Positions 28,047-38,126 are shown, counted from the first letter of the whole stretch. The stretch is 61,742 nucleotides of DNA, filler included, from 5 parts of 5 records of this genome joined end to end with filler, not necessarily neighbours in it, one strand, 5' to 3'. Numbers and translations are program-made. The notes: generated by a model from the sequence alone, not told the origin.

Positions 28047-28973
28047 TCAGGGGGCGATGTCCTCTCGAGCAAGGGACTGCTTCATGGCCAATATCAAAGC
28101 GGCGGTCTCACCGCGTTGCGTGCCGCTTTCAGCGAAGGCCGCGTGCCAGTTCACTTTAAGTCCCGCGCGGGTCAGTCTGACGGTTTTCAATCCGTACTTG
28201 CGTATGTCATAGGAGGCGGCCCACTTGCCGAGGATCCCCAGGCCCGTGTCGTTCGCGACATGTGCGCAAACGAATTGTGCATTGCCCGCGGAAAGAAAGC
28301 GCTCCGGTGCCGCGCCACTGGGCCCAAAGAGGTGATCGAACTCCTGTCCCCGCTCGAGAATGGAGCTGATGCCAAGCAAGGTCTCCTCACGGAAATCTTC
28401 TGCCGCGAGATACTCCCTGTGCACCAGCGGGTGCTCTGCAGGCAAAACCGCAACGAGCTCGTCCTCCAGCAGAAAGTCCCGCTCGACGCCGTTGCGCTGG
28501 CTGTCTCCCATCGTGACCGTCACGTCAACCCTGCCCGTGAGCAGATTTTCGAGGGGCAGTTTGTCCCCATTGCAGGAGGTCTCCACGAGAACTCCGGGGT
28601 TGTTCGCCATAAACCGGGACAGAACCGGGGCCAACCAGAAGTCCAACAGGTAGCCCCTGGTCTCCAGTCGTATGATCTGAAACCCGTCCATGCCAAACTG
28701 CTCGAGATAGTCCTCCGCTCGCCTGAGTTCCTCAAGGACAATCTGTGCTGTGTTCAGCAGGACCAGCCCCGATTGCGTGAAGGAAAGCCTGTTTCCCTTG
28801 CGGTGGAAGCAGGTGTTGTTCGACAGCCGCTCGATCTCCCGCAGGCGATTGCTAAGGGCGGGCTGACTGATCCCGAGCGCGCTCGCTGCCTTTGAGATGC
28901 TATCTTCTTGCTCAAGCGCGTCCAGAGCCTGCATATGCTTGATCGTGAGGCGATGAAGGTTGCTTTCTCGCAT
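28047..28973 (-). CDS. LysR family regulator (MetR-like)
   Basis: ATG 28973 with GAGGAG; HTH SISKAASALGISQPALSNRLREIE. Confidence 0.9.
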   Translation of the reverse strand: MRESNLHRLTIKHMQALDALEQEDSISKAASALGISQPALSNRLREIERLSNNTCFHRKGNRLSFTQSGLVLLNTAQIVLEELRRAEDYLEQFGMDGFQIIRLETRGYLLDFWLAPVLSRFMANNPGVLVETSCNGDKLPLENLLTGRVDVTVTMGDSQRNGVERDFLLEDELVAVLPAEHPLVHREYLAAEDFREETLLGISSILERGQEFDHLFGPSGAAPERFLSAGNAQFVCAHVANDTGLGILGKWAASYDIRKYGLKTVRLTRAGLKVNWHAAFAESGTQRGETAALILAMKQSLAREDIAP

Positions 28974-28975
28974 CG

Positions 28976-30154
28976 TCAGTCTCCTCTTGCCGCGCGCACG
29001 CGGATGGCGCGACGGCGGAGCAGGGATAACGCACGAGAGTAGGCAAAGAGGAACAAACCTCCAAAGCCCAGAACTGCCAGAAACGCGGCCAGAGGCTGAT
29101 CCCAAAGGACAACCCCCGCAATGCTCGGAGCCGCGACCAGGGGGAGCAGAACGACTGTTGTGAGCGGGTTCGAGATATGTCGTCGATTGCGACCTAGCCA
29201 GACAATTTCCAGGCCGCGCATCACGAGTTGATGCACGTGCATCCGATCCGGGTGGAACGATGGCGCGTTTCGCAGGAGCCGACGATGGATGGCGAGAGCC
29301 GTATCTGCAGCGGGCCAGAACAGCGTCAAGAGAACGGCCCAGGCCGTGGCATCGGGCACGTTCAGAAGGATGGAAATCCCAAACCAGCTCAGAACGAAGC
29401 CGATGGTATAAGCCCCTGCATCGCCGAGAAACAGCAAGCCAAAGGGGAAGTTCAGGATCAGGAAGCCCAGAATTCCCGAAGCCAGTAGTATCGCAAGACG
29501 CGTCATCTCTGGATAGCCTCCCTCATGCGCGATGAGTGCCAGGCAGATGGAGGTGAGGAGGGCCGTAAAACCGGCAAGTCCGTTCACACCATCGATGAGG
29601 TTGAAGGCATTCGCGGCCCCAGCCGTAATGAGCAGGGTCATGGGCACGCCCACAGCCCAGTGCGAGACATACGCATCCAGAATGGGAATGTCTGCTCTGG
29701 GGATCCAGACACCGGTGAGGAGTATGAAAACGAGGCTCGCGAGGCAGCATGCCAAGAGGCGCCCCCTTGGCGAGACGTGTAAGCCGAGGTCCTCAAGGAG
29801 GCCGATACTAAAGAGAAGCCCCGCCGCGAGAACGAAGCGATGATATCCGCTTGCGAGGCTGGCGGGAACAAAGAAATTTGCCAGGACCAGCCCCCCGAAA
29901 ATCGCAATGCCACCCACACGGGGCGTGGCCGTTTGGTGTGCGGCCTGTACGGCCGCCAGATCATGAGGTCGCCCCGCAAGGCGAGGAAACGGGGTTCTTA
30001 GAAGGATCAGAAGACAGCCGAGAGAGAACGAGAACAATGCAATGGCCGCAGCCTGCAATTGGAGTGCATCGAAAAAGCCAAATGACAATAGCTCAGTCCC
30101 ATAAGTATCCGTGGCCCCAAAGTCTGCGGGCGGCATTATTCGTTGTAAGTGCAA
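28976..30154 (-). CDS. MraY/WecA-like polyprenyl-phosphate sugar-1-phosphate transferase (start uncertain)
   Basis: TPRVGG, GLLED, NAFNLIDGVNGL, FLGDAGAY, PDRMHVH. Confidence 0.9.
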   Translation of the reverse strand: MHLQRIMPPADFGATDTYGTELLSFGFFDALQLQAAAIALFSFSLGCLLILLRTPFPRLAGRPHDLAAVQAAHQTATPRVGGIAIFGGLVLANFFVPASLASGYHRFVLAAGLLFSIGLLEDLGLHVSPRGRLLACCLASLVFILLTGVWIPRADIPILDAYVSHWAVGVPMTLLITAGAANAFNLIDGVNGLAGFTALLTSICLALIAHEGGYPEMTRLAILLASGILGFLILNFPFGLLFLGDAGAYTIGFVLSWFGISILLNVPDATAWAVLLTLFWPAADTALAIHRRLLRNAPSFHPDRMHVHQLVMRGLEIVWLGRNRRHISNPLTTVVLLPLVAAPSIAGVVLWDQPLAAFLAVLGFGGLFLFAYSRALSLLRRRAIRVRAARGD

Positions 30155-30433
30155 CTATGCTAACCGCTAGCGGCATAGCGTAAGTGCGGCCAGCATATCG
30201 AGCCCCACAGACCTGCAAATCTAAGTCATGAGGCGCGCACTCCCTTGATCCACATCAAGAGCGATGCATTTTTTCGTTTTTCCCGGACTGTCCAACTGGG
30301 GTCATTGTCTGAGTAAGAATCATTTGTCCCCATTCAACATTTCTCAAGATCCCTGCCCAGGGATCCATAGTGTCTTAGCCTCACGGAAAACTGGACCATA
30401 GTCCTCCGAAGCTCAGTTGCTTGCCAGTTCAAG

Positions 30434-30877
30434 CCGACATTCCCCAAGTGGCATACCGACTGACGTGACTATCGCGTGGATCAGGCCGCTGGACAAGCAT
30501 TTTCGGTCCTGAGCGGCGTTGTCGGGCGCGCAAGGCGCTGGAACAGGGCAGATCGGCCCGCCAAGCCGCCGTGTTGTGCCCCTGCGGTGGTGTTTTTCAG
30601 CGCAGCGGACAGACCGGTCGTGCCGCTTTCGTTCAAATTGAACGTGGATCGCCGTCACGCGCATGACGGAGGCGCTCGAAGGCGGCGGATGGCGGCAAGG
30701 ATGGCGCGCACCATCGGGCCGGTGACGGCCACCTCGGCCAGTTGGAAGGTGATGGCGCGGGCGTGGCGGACGACGCGGGCGCCGATCTTGATCAGCTTCA
30801 GTTGCAGGCTGGTCAACGACCAGTCGGCCATCGCCTCGGGCAACTCTATGCAGCGCAGGAAGGTGGCCAGGTTGTAG
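30434..30877 (-). mobile_element. IS1380-family element, right end (transposase C-terminus at 30655-30877)
   Basis: WSLTSLQLKLIKIGARVVRHARAITFQLAEVA motif; the probable terminal IR reads CCGACATTCCCC at 30434-30445. Confidence 0.8.
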
Positions 30878-30977
30878 NNNNNNNNNNNNNNNNNNNNNNN
30901 NNNNNNNNNNNNNNNNNNNNNTTAATTAATTAANNNNNNNNNNNNNNNNNNNNNNNNNNNNNNNNNNNNNNNNNNNN
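30878..30977. other. Artificial contig linker
   Basis: N-run + TTAATTAATTAA + N-run. Confidence 0.98.
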
Positions 30978-31047
30978 AGAGGCAATTTCACTTAACTTCG
31001 CAGACACAGCAGCGCTGTATTTCCCAGAGGCAATTACACTTAACTTC
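30978..31047. repeat. 22-bp direct repeat, 2 copies, 48-bp period
   Basis: AGAGGCAATTTCACTTAACTTC (30978) / AGAGGCAATTACACTTAACTTC (31026). Confidence 0.8.
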
Positions 31048-31338
31048 ACAAATGTTACAATCGTAGAACTTAAAACTCCACGCCGGCACCTTTTGTGAAT
31101 CCCTCGCACATGCAATTTCCCGCAAGCTGTTCACCCGCTCATCATAACATCAGCACCAGAAAGTTGGTCAGGCGAGACTATATACTTTCACGAGCGAATC
31201 CGGCCCAGGACTCAGTGGCAACACGCACCACAGGAGGTTCAAGCGATTCCGGCATTGAACTCATTAACTAACAAAAAAATCAAAGAGCCTGAGCCGAACG
31301 CAGGTGAGAGCTCAAAGCGGTCAAAAAGTTGTTAAACA

Positions 31339-32874
31339 CTACCTGGAAGATTCGATTGCTGCCGTGTAAACATCGCGCAGCGCGATACCTTCAATTTTGC
31401 TACGCAGCCACATTAACAATTCCATGAGTCCGACCGGCTCCGTGTCGCTCACTGAGTGTAATACTTCATTAAGAGTATTTTGCAAACTGCGGTATTCAAG
31501 CGTGCGTGTGTGTTTGTCGGCTGCATTTAACAAGCGCTTTAGAGACGCAATTACATGTGTTTCAATCGAGTACTGCTGCGCATCCTTGTGTTTATCCAGA
31601 TAACGTCGCGCGGAGCGGAAGAGGCTCTCCAGGTCTCCTATCAGCTTCATTTCAAAGAGAATCAGCAAACGGAAAACACGTGCAAATTCCTGGATATCCT
31701 GCTTGACTTTTGTGATGCCATAGTTAAGAATTGCATTAACATGATTTAGCGCCTGAGCGAAGTCGTCACAAATGAAATATAGAATCGCGCAGTTGTGATG
31801 CAGCGTCATCAGGCGATTCGGACGGATCAAACCACTGAAGCGCTCCAGGCCATCCTCAATTTCAGTCGTCAGAGTCAGTGCAGCATCAATTTTGCCGACA
31901 TTAAGATAGTAGCTCAGTTCCAGGTACATGACGCTTTCAAAATTGTTAAACGTGGTGGCATGGGTCTTGGCCGGCGTGGCACGAATTTTCTTGACGGTCG
32001 CTTCAAAGTCCTCAAAGTGTTTAAGTCCAATGCAATAGGTCAGGTAGTTTGTTAAGTAATTAGCGTACCATTCAGGTCTGTCCTCGATATGATGCGGGTT
32101 GTTTTCCCACAGTGTAATCGCTTCCGATTGATAACGTAGCGCTTCGTCCAGGCAACCGCGCACCCAGGCATAAATTCCAAGTGTACCCAGCCGCGCCACA
32201 CGCGACGCAAACGTTGTAGCACGTTGAGGGTCGTGCAGCAGCGGGTTTTTCAGCGCCGCTTCAATTATGTCACGGTCTTTGTTGTCGCGCAGACGAGCAT
32301 AACGCCTGCAGGCAGACTGAACTTCATCGATCAGTTCGAGGTACAAACGCGAGGTGTATGCAGCTTCGATTTGCGCCTTACTTTCAACATAGTGTTGCTT
32401 AAGCGCTGACTCCAGATCGTCAGCCACATTCTTGAACAGCAACTTGCGTTCCCAGGCGAGCAATTCAATAACATACTCGCTCTTCTCATATTTGGCCGCC
32501 TTTTTGCGCGCGCGACTTACGAGCTTGGAGCAGTGCTCATAGAGTCCGCGATTGTAGAGTACTTCAATATGCGAGAGGTACTCACGCAGTTCGGCATTAA
32601 TTGAACGCGAACGATGAAACGCGGCCAGAGCATCCAATATCAATTTTGTCAACTGATACTTGTATGTCGGAAGATGTTTTGCAAATGCCTCACCAGCCGT
32701 TGCTGCTTTCAGTGATTTTTCTGAGCCCACTTCCAGTGAGTCGGCAATGTCAAAAAGTGTTGTATAGACGTTGGCAGAGTCACGCGAATAGTAGCGCGCG
32801 CGCAACTTAAAGTAGCGTTTTTCCTGGCGTGACATTGAGCGGATCAGGTCAAACAGGTATTCTGTGTTTCGCAT
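31339..32874 (-). CDS. Uncharacterised all-helical/TPR-like protein of a Bacteroidota-type family
   Basis: N-terminal LFDLIRSMSRQEKRYFK...Y..LFD motif and LYNRGLY; helical repeats; no signal peptide. Confidence 0.75.
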   Translation of the reverse strand: MRNTEYLFDLIRSMSRQEKRYFKLRARYYSRDSANVYTTLFDIADSLEVGSEKSLKAATAGEAFAKHLPTYKYQLTKLILDALAAFHRSRSINAELREYLSHIEVLYNRGLYEHCSKLVSRARKKAAKYEKSEYVIELLAWERKLLFKNVADDLESALKQHYVESKAQIEAAYTSRLYLELIDEVQSACRRYARLRDNKDRDIIEAALKNPLLHDPQRATTFASRVARLGTLGIYAWVRGCLDEALRYQSEAITLWENNPHHIEDRPEWYANYLTNYLTYCIGLKHFEDFEATVKKIRATPAKTHATTFNNFESVMYLELSYYLNVGKIDAALTLTTEIEDGLERFSGLIRPNRLMTLHHNCAILYFICDDFAQALNHVNAILNYGITKVKQDIQEFARVFRLLILFEMKLIGDLESLFRSARRYLDKHKDAQQYSIETHVIASLKRLLNAADKHTRTLEYRSLQNTLNEVLHSVSDTEPVGLMELLMWLRSKIEGIALRDVYTAAIESSR

Positions 32875-33148
32875 TCTGGTATCCTTACAGGTGTAAATGA
32901 ATCAAGCGGCGTATAAAATAATACACATTTCAGGTAGTACCAGCATAATCGAAACATTCAGAATTGATAGTAAGCAGTAGCCAGGATCGGCCATTGATGC
33001 AGTATACGCTCTGGTTCAGGACCATTTGAGCAGCCCCTGGAAACTTCATTCTACGACCAAGATGGCATTTAGCGGAACGTTTTGCGGATGTAGATTCCCA
33101 TCAATGCCGAAAGTCGGCATAAACAAGCGAACATTCGGAGTCTAAAGA

Positions 33149-33586
33149 ATGCACGATCAAAACAGCAATGCCGTAGACTGTCAAGCGCCGCATGGCAAAA
33201 AGTTAACTGACAGAACCCTGAGCACAGGCGCAAGTGATGCTCTACCTTTTAGAATTGAATGCCACGAACTTTTGCACAGTTCACAAGCCGGTCAACGCAT
33301 CTTCCAGATTATGCTTGGACACACCGTTACTGGTGACTCTGCGCTTATTGGTGAAGTTGCATTGGAGCTTGGTGGCCCACCCGTTGTGCTGGACCGAATA
33401 GTCCAGGTTTCCGAACCGCCGGGTGTCAGGAATTTCATCGACAGCGTACATTGTGTGTTACAGCTGAGTTTAATAAACAATGGTCCAACAGAAACGCTGC
33501 GCCTGACAAACAGCATCCGCACAAGCTGGACAATTGGTGAGCTCGATATCGATCTTATCGGCGTCGATACGGTTACTCCCACCTGA
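33149..33586 (+). CDS. Hypothetical protein
   Basis: 145-aa ORF with protein-like beta-strand patterning in an otherwise empty gap; no recognisable motif. Confidence 0.4.
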   Translation: MHDQNSNAVDCQAPHGKKLTDRTLSTGASDALPFRIECHELLHSSQAGQRIFQIMLGHTVTGDSALIGEVALELGGPPVVLDRIVQVSEPPGVRNFIDSVHCVLQLSLINNGPTETLRLTNSIRTSWTIGELDIDLIGVDTVTPT

Positions 33587-33880
33587 GTCCGCACACTTCA
33601 AAGAGCGGCATGTGATTTGGACAACAGATCCTTGCCGGCACCACGTCCCTGACGGGAATGTTACACTCTGAGCTCCATCAGTTCGGCATACCCGCGCCGC
33701 GGAAGTGGAATTCACACACCCACTTCCGCTTTACCCTCTCGATCTAATTCAGATACATTGGACGATGATTCACTGAGCTGCACTGCATTCACTTTTAACT
33801 CAACGATTTCACGCTTTGGGCGATGCTGTAGCACCGCGCACCCCAAGCGGCAAGCCTGCTCCAACAATTGATGTGAACTT

Positions 33881-34588
33881 ATGAAGACCAAACAAGCACT
33901 TAAACAAGTCGCAAGGTATAGTCTGCAGAATCAAGCTCCCCAGCCACCCAGTGATATGCACACTGCGGCGACCCCAATTAACAATGATGGAAATGCCGCG
34001 CCTTCGCCGCCCTCGGATCAAATGCTGTTAAATGCCCTACTTGCGGGCGACAATGCCATAATGTGGCAAATTTGGAGTCGCCACAAAGACAGACTGTCTG
34101 GAATATGCCGCCATACTTTGCGCAGAGACGACATGGCCGTCGATGATGCATTGGCCGAAGTATTGCTAAAAGTCCTCCGGCTTCTGCCGGCACATGCCGC
34201 AAGCATAGAGCGGCTGGACGCCTGGCTCAACCGCCTGGCGCAAAATCATTGCCGGGACATTCTGCGGCGAATTAACGCAGAGACAAACAAGCTGGAGACA
34301 CTTGACGTTTGCCACAGTGCGAGGAGCGATAACTCGCCAATGTTAACAGCTGCCGACACACCTGAAACAATGGCAATCAACAATGAATCGGCAATGTATA
34401 TCCAGGGCGTATTCGATGCACTTCCGGCAAGGCTGGCGGACATTGTGCAGCTGCGCCTTTACCAGGAGTTGCCCTATGATCAGATAGCGCAGCGCCTGGG
34501 TTTAAGCAGTAGCGCAGCTCGTAAACGCATGCAAGAAGCACGCAAGATATTGCAGACAAAGTTGCGCAGTGCGGGGCTGCATCCCTGA
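33881..34588 (+). CDS. ECF-type sigma-70 factor (start uncertain)
   Basis: Region 2 (DDALAEVLLK...AWLNRLAQNHCRDILRR) and region 4 (LP...YQELPYDQIAQRLGLS.SAARKRMQEARKIL). Confidence 0.9.
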   Translation: MKTKQALKQVARYSLQNQAPQPPSDMHTAATPINNDGNAAPSPPSDQMLLNALLAGDNAIMWQIWSRHKDRLSGICRHTLRRDDMAVDDALAEVLLKVLRLLPAHAASIERLDAWLNRLAQNHCRDILRRINAETNKLETLDVCHSARSDNSPMLTAADTPETMAINNESAMYIQGVFDALPARLADIVQLRLYQELPYDQIAQRLGLSSSAARKRMQEARKILQTKLRSAGLHP

Positions 34589-34734
34589 ATTTTACTTCAC
34601 ATCTGCTGATCCAGGATCGTCTAGTAGTTAAACACATGCGGGAGAATACCGGTCCCGGCACAAAAAGCTTCAGCGCTTGACTGTGACTTAACATTCCCCC
34701 ATTATCCTATCAATCCAATCAACGGATTAACGCT

Positions 34735-35379
34735 ATGCAAATCGTTAAAGCAACCTCGATCCCGGCTACCCTTGTCAGCGGCATTAACATTATTAACCGT
34801 ACAAATGAAAACACGGTACGCGTTGCCGTATTTCAGCAGGCTGATCCACTGCCATCAGGTAATGTTGTCGCCTGGCGAGTAACGGCACCGGCGGCCAATG
34901 GCGGCAGCTCACGTGTCCTGGTACCAGACGAATACACTATGCAAATTCTCTCACGTGATCCGGGTGTGGAGAACACATCCAATCAAGTTTCCTGGAACGG
35001 CTATACGGCCCACCTTGCTCTTGACCTGATTGACACGCCTGATGGCGGCGTGACGCGCTCACTCAAACTTGAGGGCACGAATGTCACACCAGAAGGTCAT
35101 ATTCAAACTGCAATCCCTGGTAACACGGGCCAACAAGTATTCCTCGAAGTCTTTAAAGAAGGTAGTATGATTCTGCCGCAAATTCCAGTGTCACCAGGCT
35201 TCACGGCCGACCTGATAATTAAACCAATTTTCTATTTGGCAGTCGTGACTGAAATGACGAAGCCCGGTGCAGTCCTGCAAGCGCGAACGCTGCAAACAAC
35301 GACCACAGCGATACAGCCGGGATCAAGTGCTACGGTCACCGGATCAGCTCAAACCGGCTATTCAATTTCCGTCGAATGA
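34735..35379 (+). CDS. Hypothetical all-beta protein, possibly RhiA-like
   Basis: IIN.T....VAVFQ......VAW and KPIFYLAV patterns recall RhiA-like proteins (recollection, unverified). Confidence 0.6.
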   Translation: MQIVKATSIPATLVSGINIINRTNENTVRVAVFQQADPLPSGNVVAWRVTAPAANGGSSRVLVPDEYTMQILSRDPGVENTSNQVSWNGYTAHLALDLIDTPDGGVTRSLKLEGTNVTPEGHIQTAIPGNTGQQVFLEVFKEGSMILPQIPVSPGFTADLIIKPIFYLAVVTEMTKPGAVLQARTLQTTTTAIQPGSSATVTGSAQTGYSISVE

Positions 35380-35411
35380 TCACCCTGAAGTGAATGCCAC
35401 ATAGACCCGGT

Positions 35412-35470
35412 GCTGCAGACGAAGTCAAAGTACCTTCAATTCCAACACACACTCTGGCTTCGTCTGTAGC
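35412..35470 (+). other. Long intergenic hairpin
   Basis: GCTGCAGACGAAGTCAAAGT / ACTCTGGCTTCGTCTGTAGC: 20-bp stem with two G-U pairs and one mismatch on the + strand; no U-tract. Confidence 0.7.
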
Positions 35471-35518
35471 TCACTAAACAATTCCAGCTACCCTAACATC
35501 AGAAAGGACTGAACTAAC

Positions 35519-36103
35519 ATGCCAAGCTTTAACAAGACCTATTCTCGCGGCAATGATGACCCGCAGGAACGCATATATGAAACTGCCAAAATTATGGTGA
35601 ACCTGCGGGTTGACACGGACAAGTGCAAGGATGAGAACGGAAAATGCAATGGTGACATTTCTGTGAGCCTTGATTACGTAGCCAGCCGCAGCACCCAGGA
35701 TCCGAACCGAGACTTTGAGCGAATTGGCCCAAACTTTGTTTTGCGTGATGAGGGGCAGACTGTTAATACCAGCCGCCTGAACTTCTCGAATACAAACCCG
35801 GGCGGCAACATTGGCGACACGCTGCGCGCAAGTTTGGCTCTTGGCACCATACCCTGTTCAGGTGGAAAAATCGTGGGCATTGTATCTGTTGAAGCCATGA
35901 CACGTGCAGGATACTTCCCGGGACTCGTGCAGGAGCGATTTGACTATGAAGTGACAATCGGCAGGTGCGGGAAAATCATTGAGACTAAACTGGAAGGATT
36001 TCAACTCAACCCAGCGATTATTCGAAACCGAATTCGGACTGACTTTATTGACATTACCGACGGTGCAAACGGATATCCCGCATATCCCGGAGTGCCACGC
36101 TAA
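35519..36103 (+). CDS. Hypothetical protein
   Basis: 194 aa, RBS AAAGGA, beta-rich, 4 Cys. Confidence 0.7.
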   Translation: MPSFNKTYSRGNDDPQERIYETAKIMVNLRVDTDKCKDENGKCNGDISVSLDYVASRSTQDPNRDFERIGPNFVLRDEGQTVNTSRLNFSNTNPGGNIGDTLRASLALGTIPCSGGKIVGIVSVEAMTRAGYFPGLVQERFDYEVTIGRCGKIIETKLEGFQLNPAIIRNRIRTDFIDITDGANGYPAYPGVPR

Positions 36104-36160
36104 TCAGGTTTAGTCAACAGATCAGGAACGAGTTAACACTTACCCCAAAGGAAAAATATC

Positions 36161-36535
36161 ATGAGTTGTTTAACATTCGAACGCTGCGTTAGCAAAGACA
36201 AGGGCAAAAGGGCGGTCGTTCTATTCTTTCAGTGCTCCAACGGCGCAACATTCAACATTTCAGAAGAATTCAGCTGCGATGAAGGCTGTCAGATTTCATT
36301 CTTCATTAAACAGTGTTGTCAGGGAGACCCGGCTCCGCCGCTTGAAATCATTCACGCTCTGGAGGATGGCAGCCAAAATGTCTGGTTGTTCACTTGCTCT
36401 GCCGGAAATATTCAGCTGAAGTACACTCTCAGGATCGACGGAACCCCGCTACACAGCTGCACATGTTTGATGTCATGCGGCCATTCTCAAGATCTGGCCG
36501 GCAAGATTGATTCCTGCTGTTCCTGCGGTGTCTAG
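36161..36535 (+). CDS. Cysteine-rich hypothetical protein
   Basis: 124 aa with 14 Cys, RBS AAAGGA, C-terminal CTC..SC...SCCSC. Confidence 0.7.
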   Translation: MSCLTFERCVSKDKGKRAVVLFFQCSNGATFNISEEFSCDEGCQISFFIKQCCQGDPAPPLEIIHALEDGSQNVWLFTCSAGNIQLKYTLRIDGTPLHSCTCLMSCGHSQDLAGKIDSCCSCGV

Positions 36536-36789
36536 TCTCATTTTACTGTTAACACAATCGTACAGCCGAAGCACACGTTCAAATCCCCACACATGCCGTC
36601 GTTCAATAAAACGCGTTGGGTCCCAGCAAAAATTCGAACGGTCAGACTTGACGCAGACCATGTTTGGACGAGCCGGAGATCAAAGGATGATATTGGCATA
36701 GTTCATTCAGACTCCGAACAGTCTTAATCCAGATCATCGGCTCGTCCTTTTTACACTTCTGCAACACTTCACAGCGCGCGCTATCAACC

Positions 36790-37179
36790 TTAGGAAAACT
36801 CCAGTGTATGCTCAGTAACAACTTCGCGGCCTGTGGCTTCATAACTCCCCTGGCCGGAAATGTTAGCCAGACCGTCAGTACCGGAGTTATCAACAACCGT
36901 CCATTCGCTTTTCGCAGGGCCGGAATCGTATTCGCCCACGTGGCGAACGGTGAAGGTGCCGCTTTTGCCATCAACACTAGCTTCAATGACTTCAATGCCA
37001 ACAAAAGTTGCACGTGTGGCACTTAGGTAGTACATCACGTACTCAACGCGACTTTTACCCTGAATGTGCCCGCTATAACTTTGGCTGACTTTTGCAGTCA
37101 CCATTTTGCGACCATTTTCTTCTTCAAAAACGATGTCTTCATCCCAACTTTCAACAACATAGGTACTCTGCCGGCTCAT
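36790..37179 (-). CDS. DUF3224 family protein
   Basis: YSG.I.G.S.VEY.M.Y...FVG.E....DGKSGTF..RH.G...VV..SGTDGL..ISG.G. Confidence 0.85.
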   Translation of the reverse strand: MSRQSTYVVESWDEDIVFEEENGRKMVTAKVSQSYSGHIQGKSRVEYVMYYLSATRATFVGIEVIEASVDGKSGTFTVRHVGEYDSGPAKSEWTVVDNSGTDGLANISGQGSYEATGREVVTEHTLEFS

Positions 37180-37351
37180 AAGTTATTCTCCCAAAATGAA
37201 TTTCAACTAGTTAGTAAAGACGTAATATAAGGTATAAATCTCAAGGTAGTGAGGGCTTTTAACCTCCAGCCCAGAGCTATCAAGCTCCGTACTCAAGTTT
37301 TGAATGCGACGAAAGTCCAGGGTTGGCCTGCAGGGTGTTAAGCGTAACTGT

Positions 37352-38125
37352 TCAAATCTTGCAGCCTAGAACATATTGCAAGACCGTACCGCTGACAGGG
37401 TCCAGAATTTGATCCACACGCCAGAGGTAGGACGCATTGCCCGTATTCTGCGTGAATTCTGTTAACTCATCCCCGGTGTAACTGCGCGCACGTGAGACCA
37501 TAACATCCCAGGTATACATTTTAGACACAAGGTAGGGCAAGCGCGTTAGCCAATGCAGCGTGGCACTACTCTGCTTAACCCTGCGGGCTAGTAATTCTGC
37601 CGAGCGCAAAACCTGAACGGCCTCTTTTACACCGAAATCCTTGCGATGCGTAAACTCAACTGCAAAAAAGCCGCTGCCGCTACCGGCGACCTTATTAAAC
37701 AGCTCGCGAACTTCGCCTGGATTAAATTGGTGCAAACCCGCAAACAAGGTCAAAAATTCCTGGCCTGTAAAACTGAGATTGCGCAGGTCCTGAGGCTCAT
37801 CCATAAACTCTAGCGGCAGCCCCCCGGGCTGAAGGTCAAGTTCAAAGGTTTTTGGCGGATACAGGTCCGAGAGCCGCACAGGAACATTCACGTCCAGCGT
37901 TTTTAAGGCCGGCGCCAGGTGTTGCCACAGCTTTCCATCTCCGGCAGCAAGATCATGGATAGACTGATACTCTCCCAGCTTAAGACGTGTGGCCAGCTGT
38001 GGCAATAAAACATCGTACAAAACACCGCCGCGCACATCCGCATACAACATCTTGTTAAACATTTGGCGCAGTGGCAGTGGCAGCCAGGCCTGATCATTAA
38101 ACTCAAACACTCTCTTGCGCTGCAT
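37352..38125 (-). CDS. Class I SAM-dependent methyltransferase-like protein
   Basis: FEFNDQAWLP N-terminus, motif I variant DLAAGDG, LSDLYP, FAGLHQF and WD.MVS..RSY; ATG lies 1 nt after the upstream stop. Confidence 0.75.
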   Translation of the reverse strand: MQRKRVFEFNDQAWLPLPLRQMFNKMLYADVRGGVLYDVLLPQLATRLKLGEYQSIHDLAAGDGKLWQHLAPALKTLDVNVPVRLSDLYPPKTFELDLQPGGLPLEFMDEPQDLRNLSFTGQEFLTLFAGLHQFNPGEVRELFNKVAGSGSGFFAVEFTHRKDFGVKEAVQVLRSAELLARRVKQSSATLHWLTRLPYLVSKMYTWDVMVSRARSYTGDELTEFTQNTGNASYLWRVDQILDPVSGTVLQYVLGCKI

Positions 38126-38126
38126 A

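Noticed and set aside
30978-31080. Possible CRISPR array
   Set aside because: Only two 22-bp copies, no palindromic repeat structure and no cas genes in the window.
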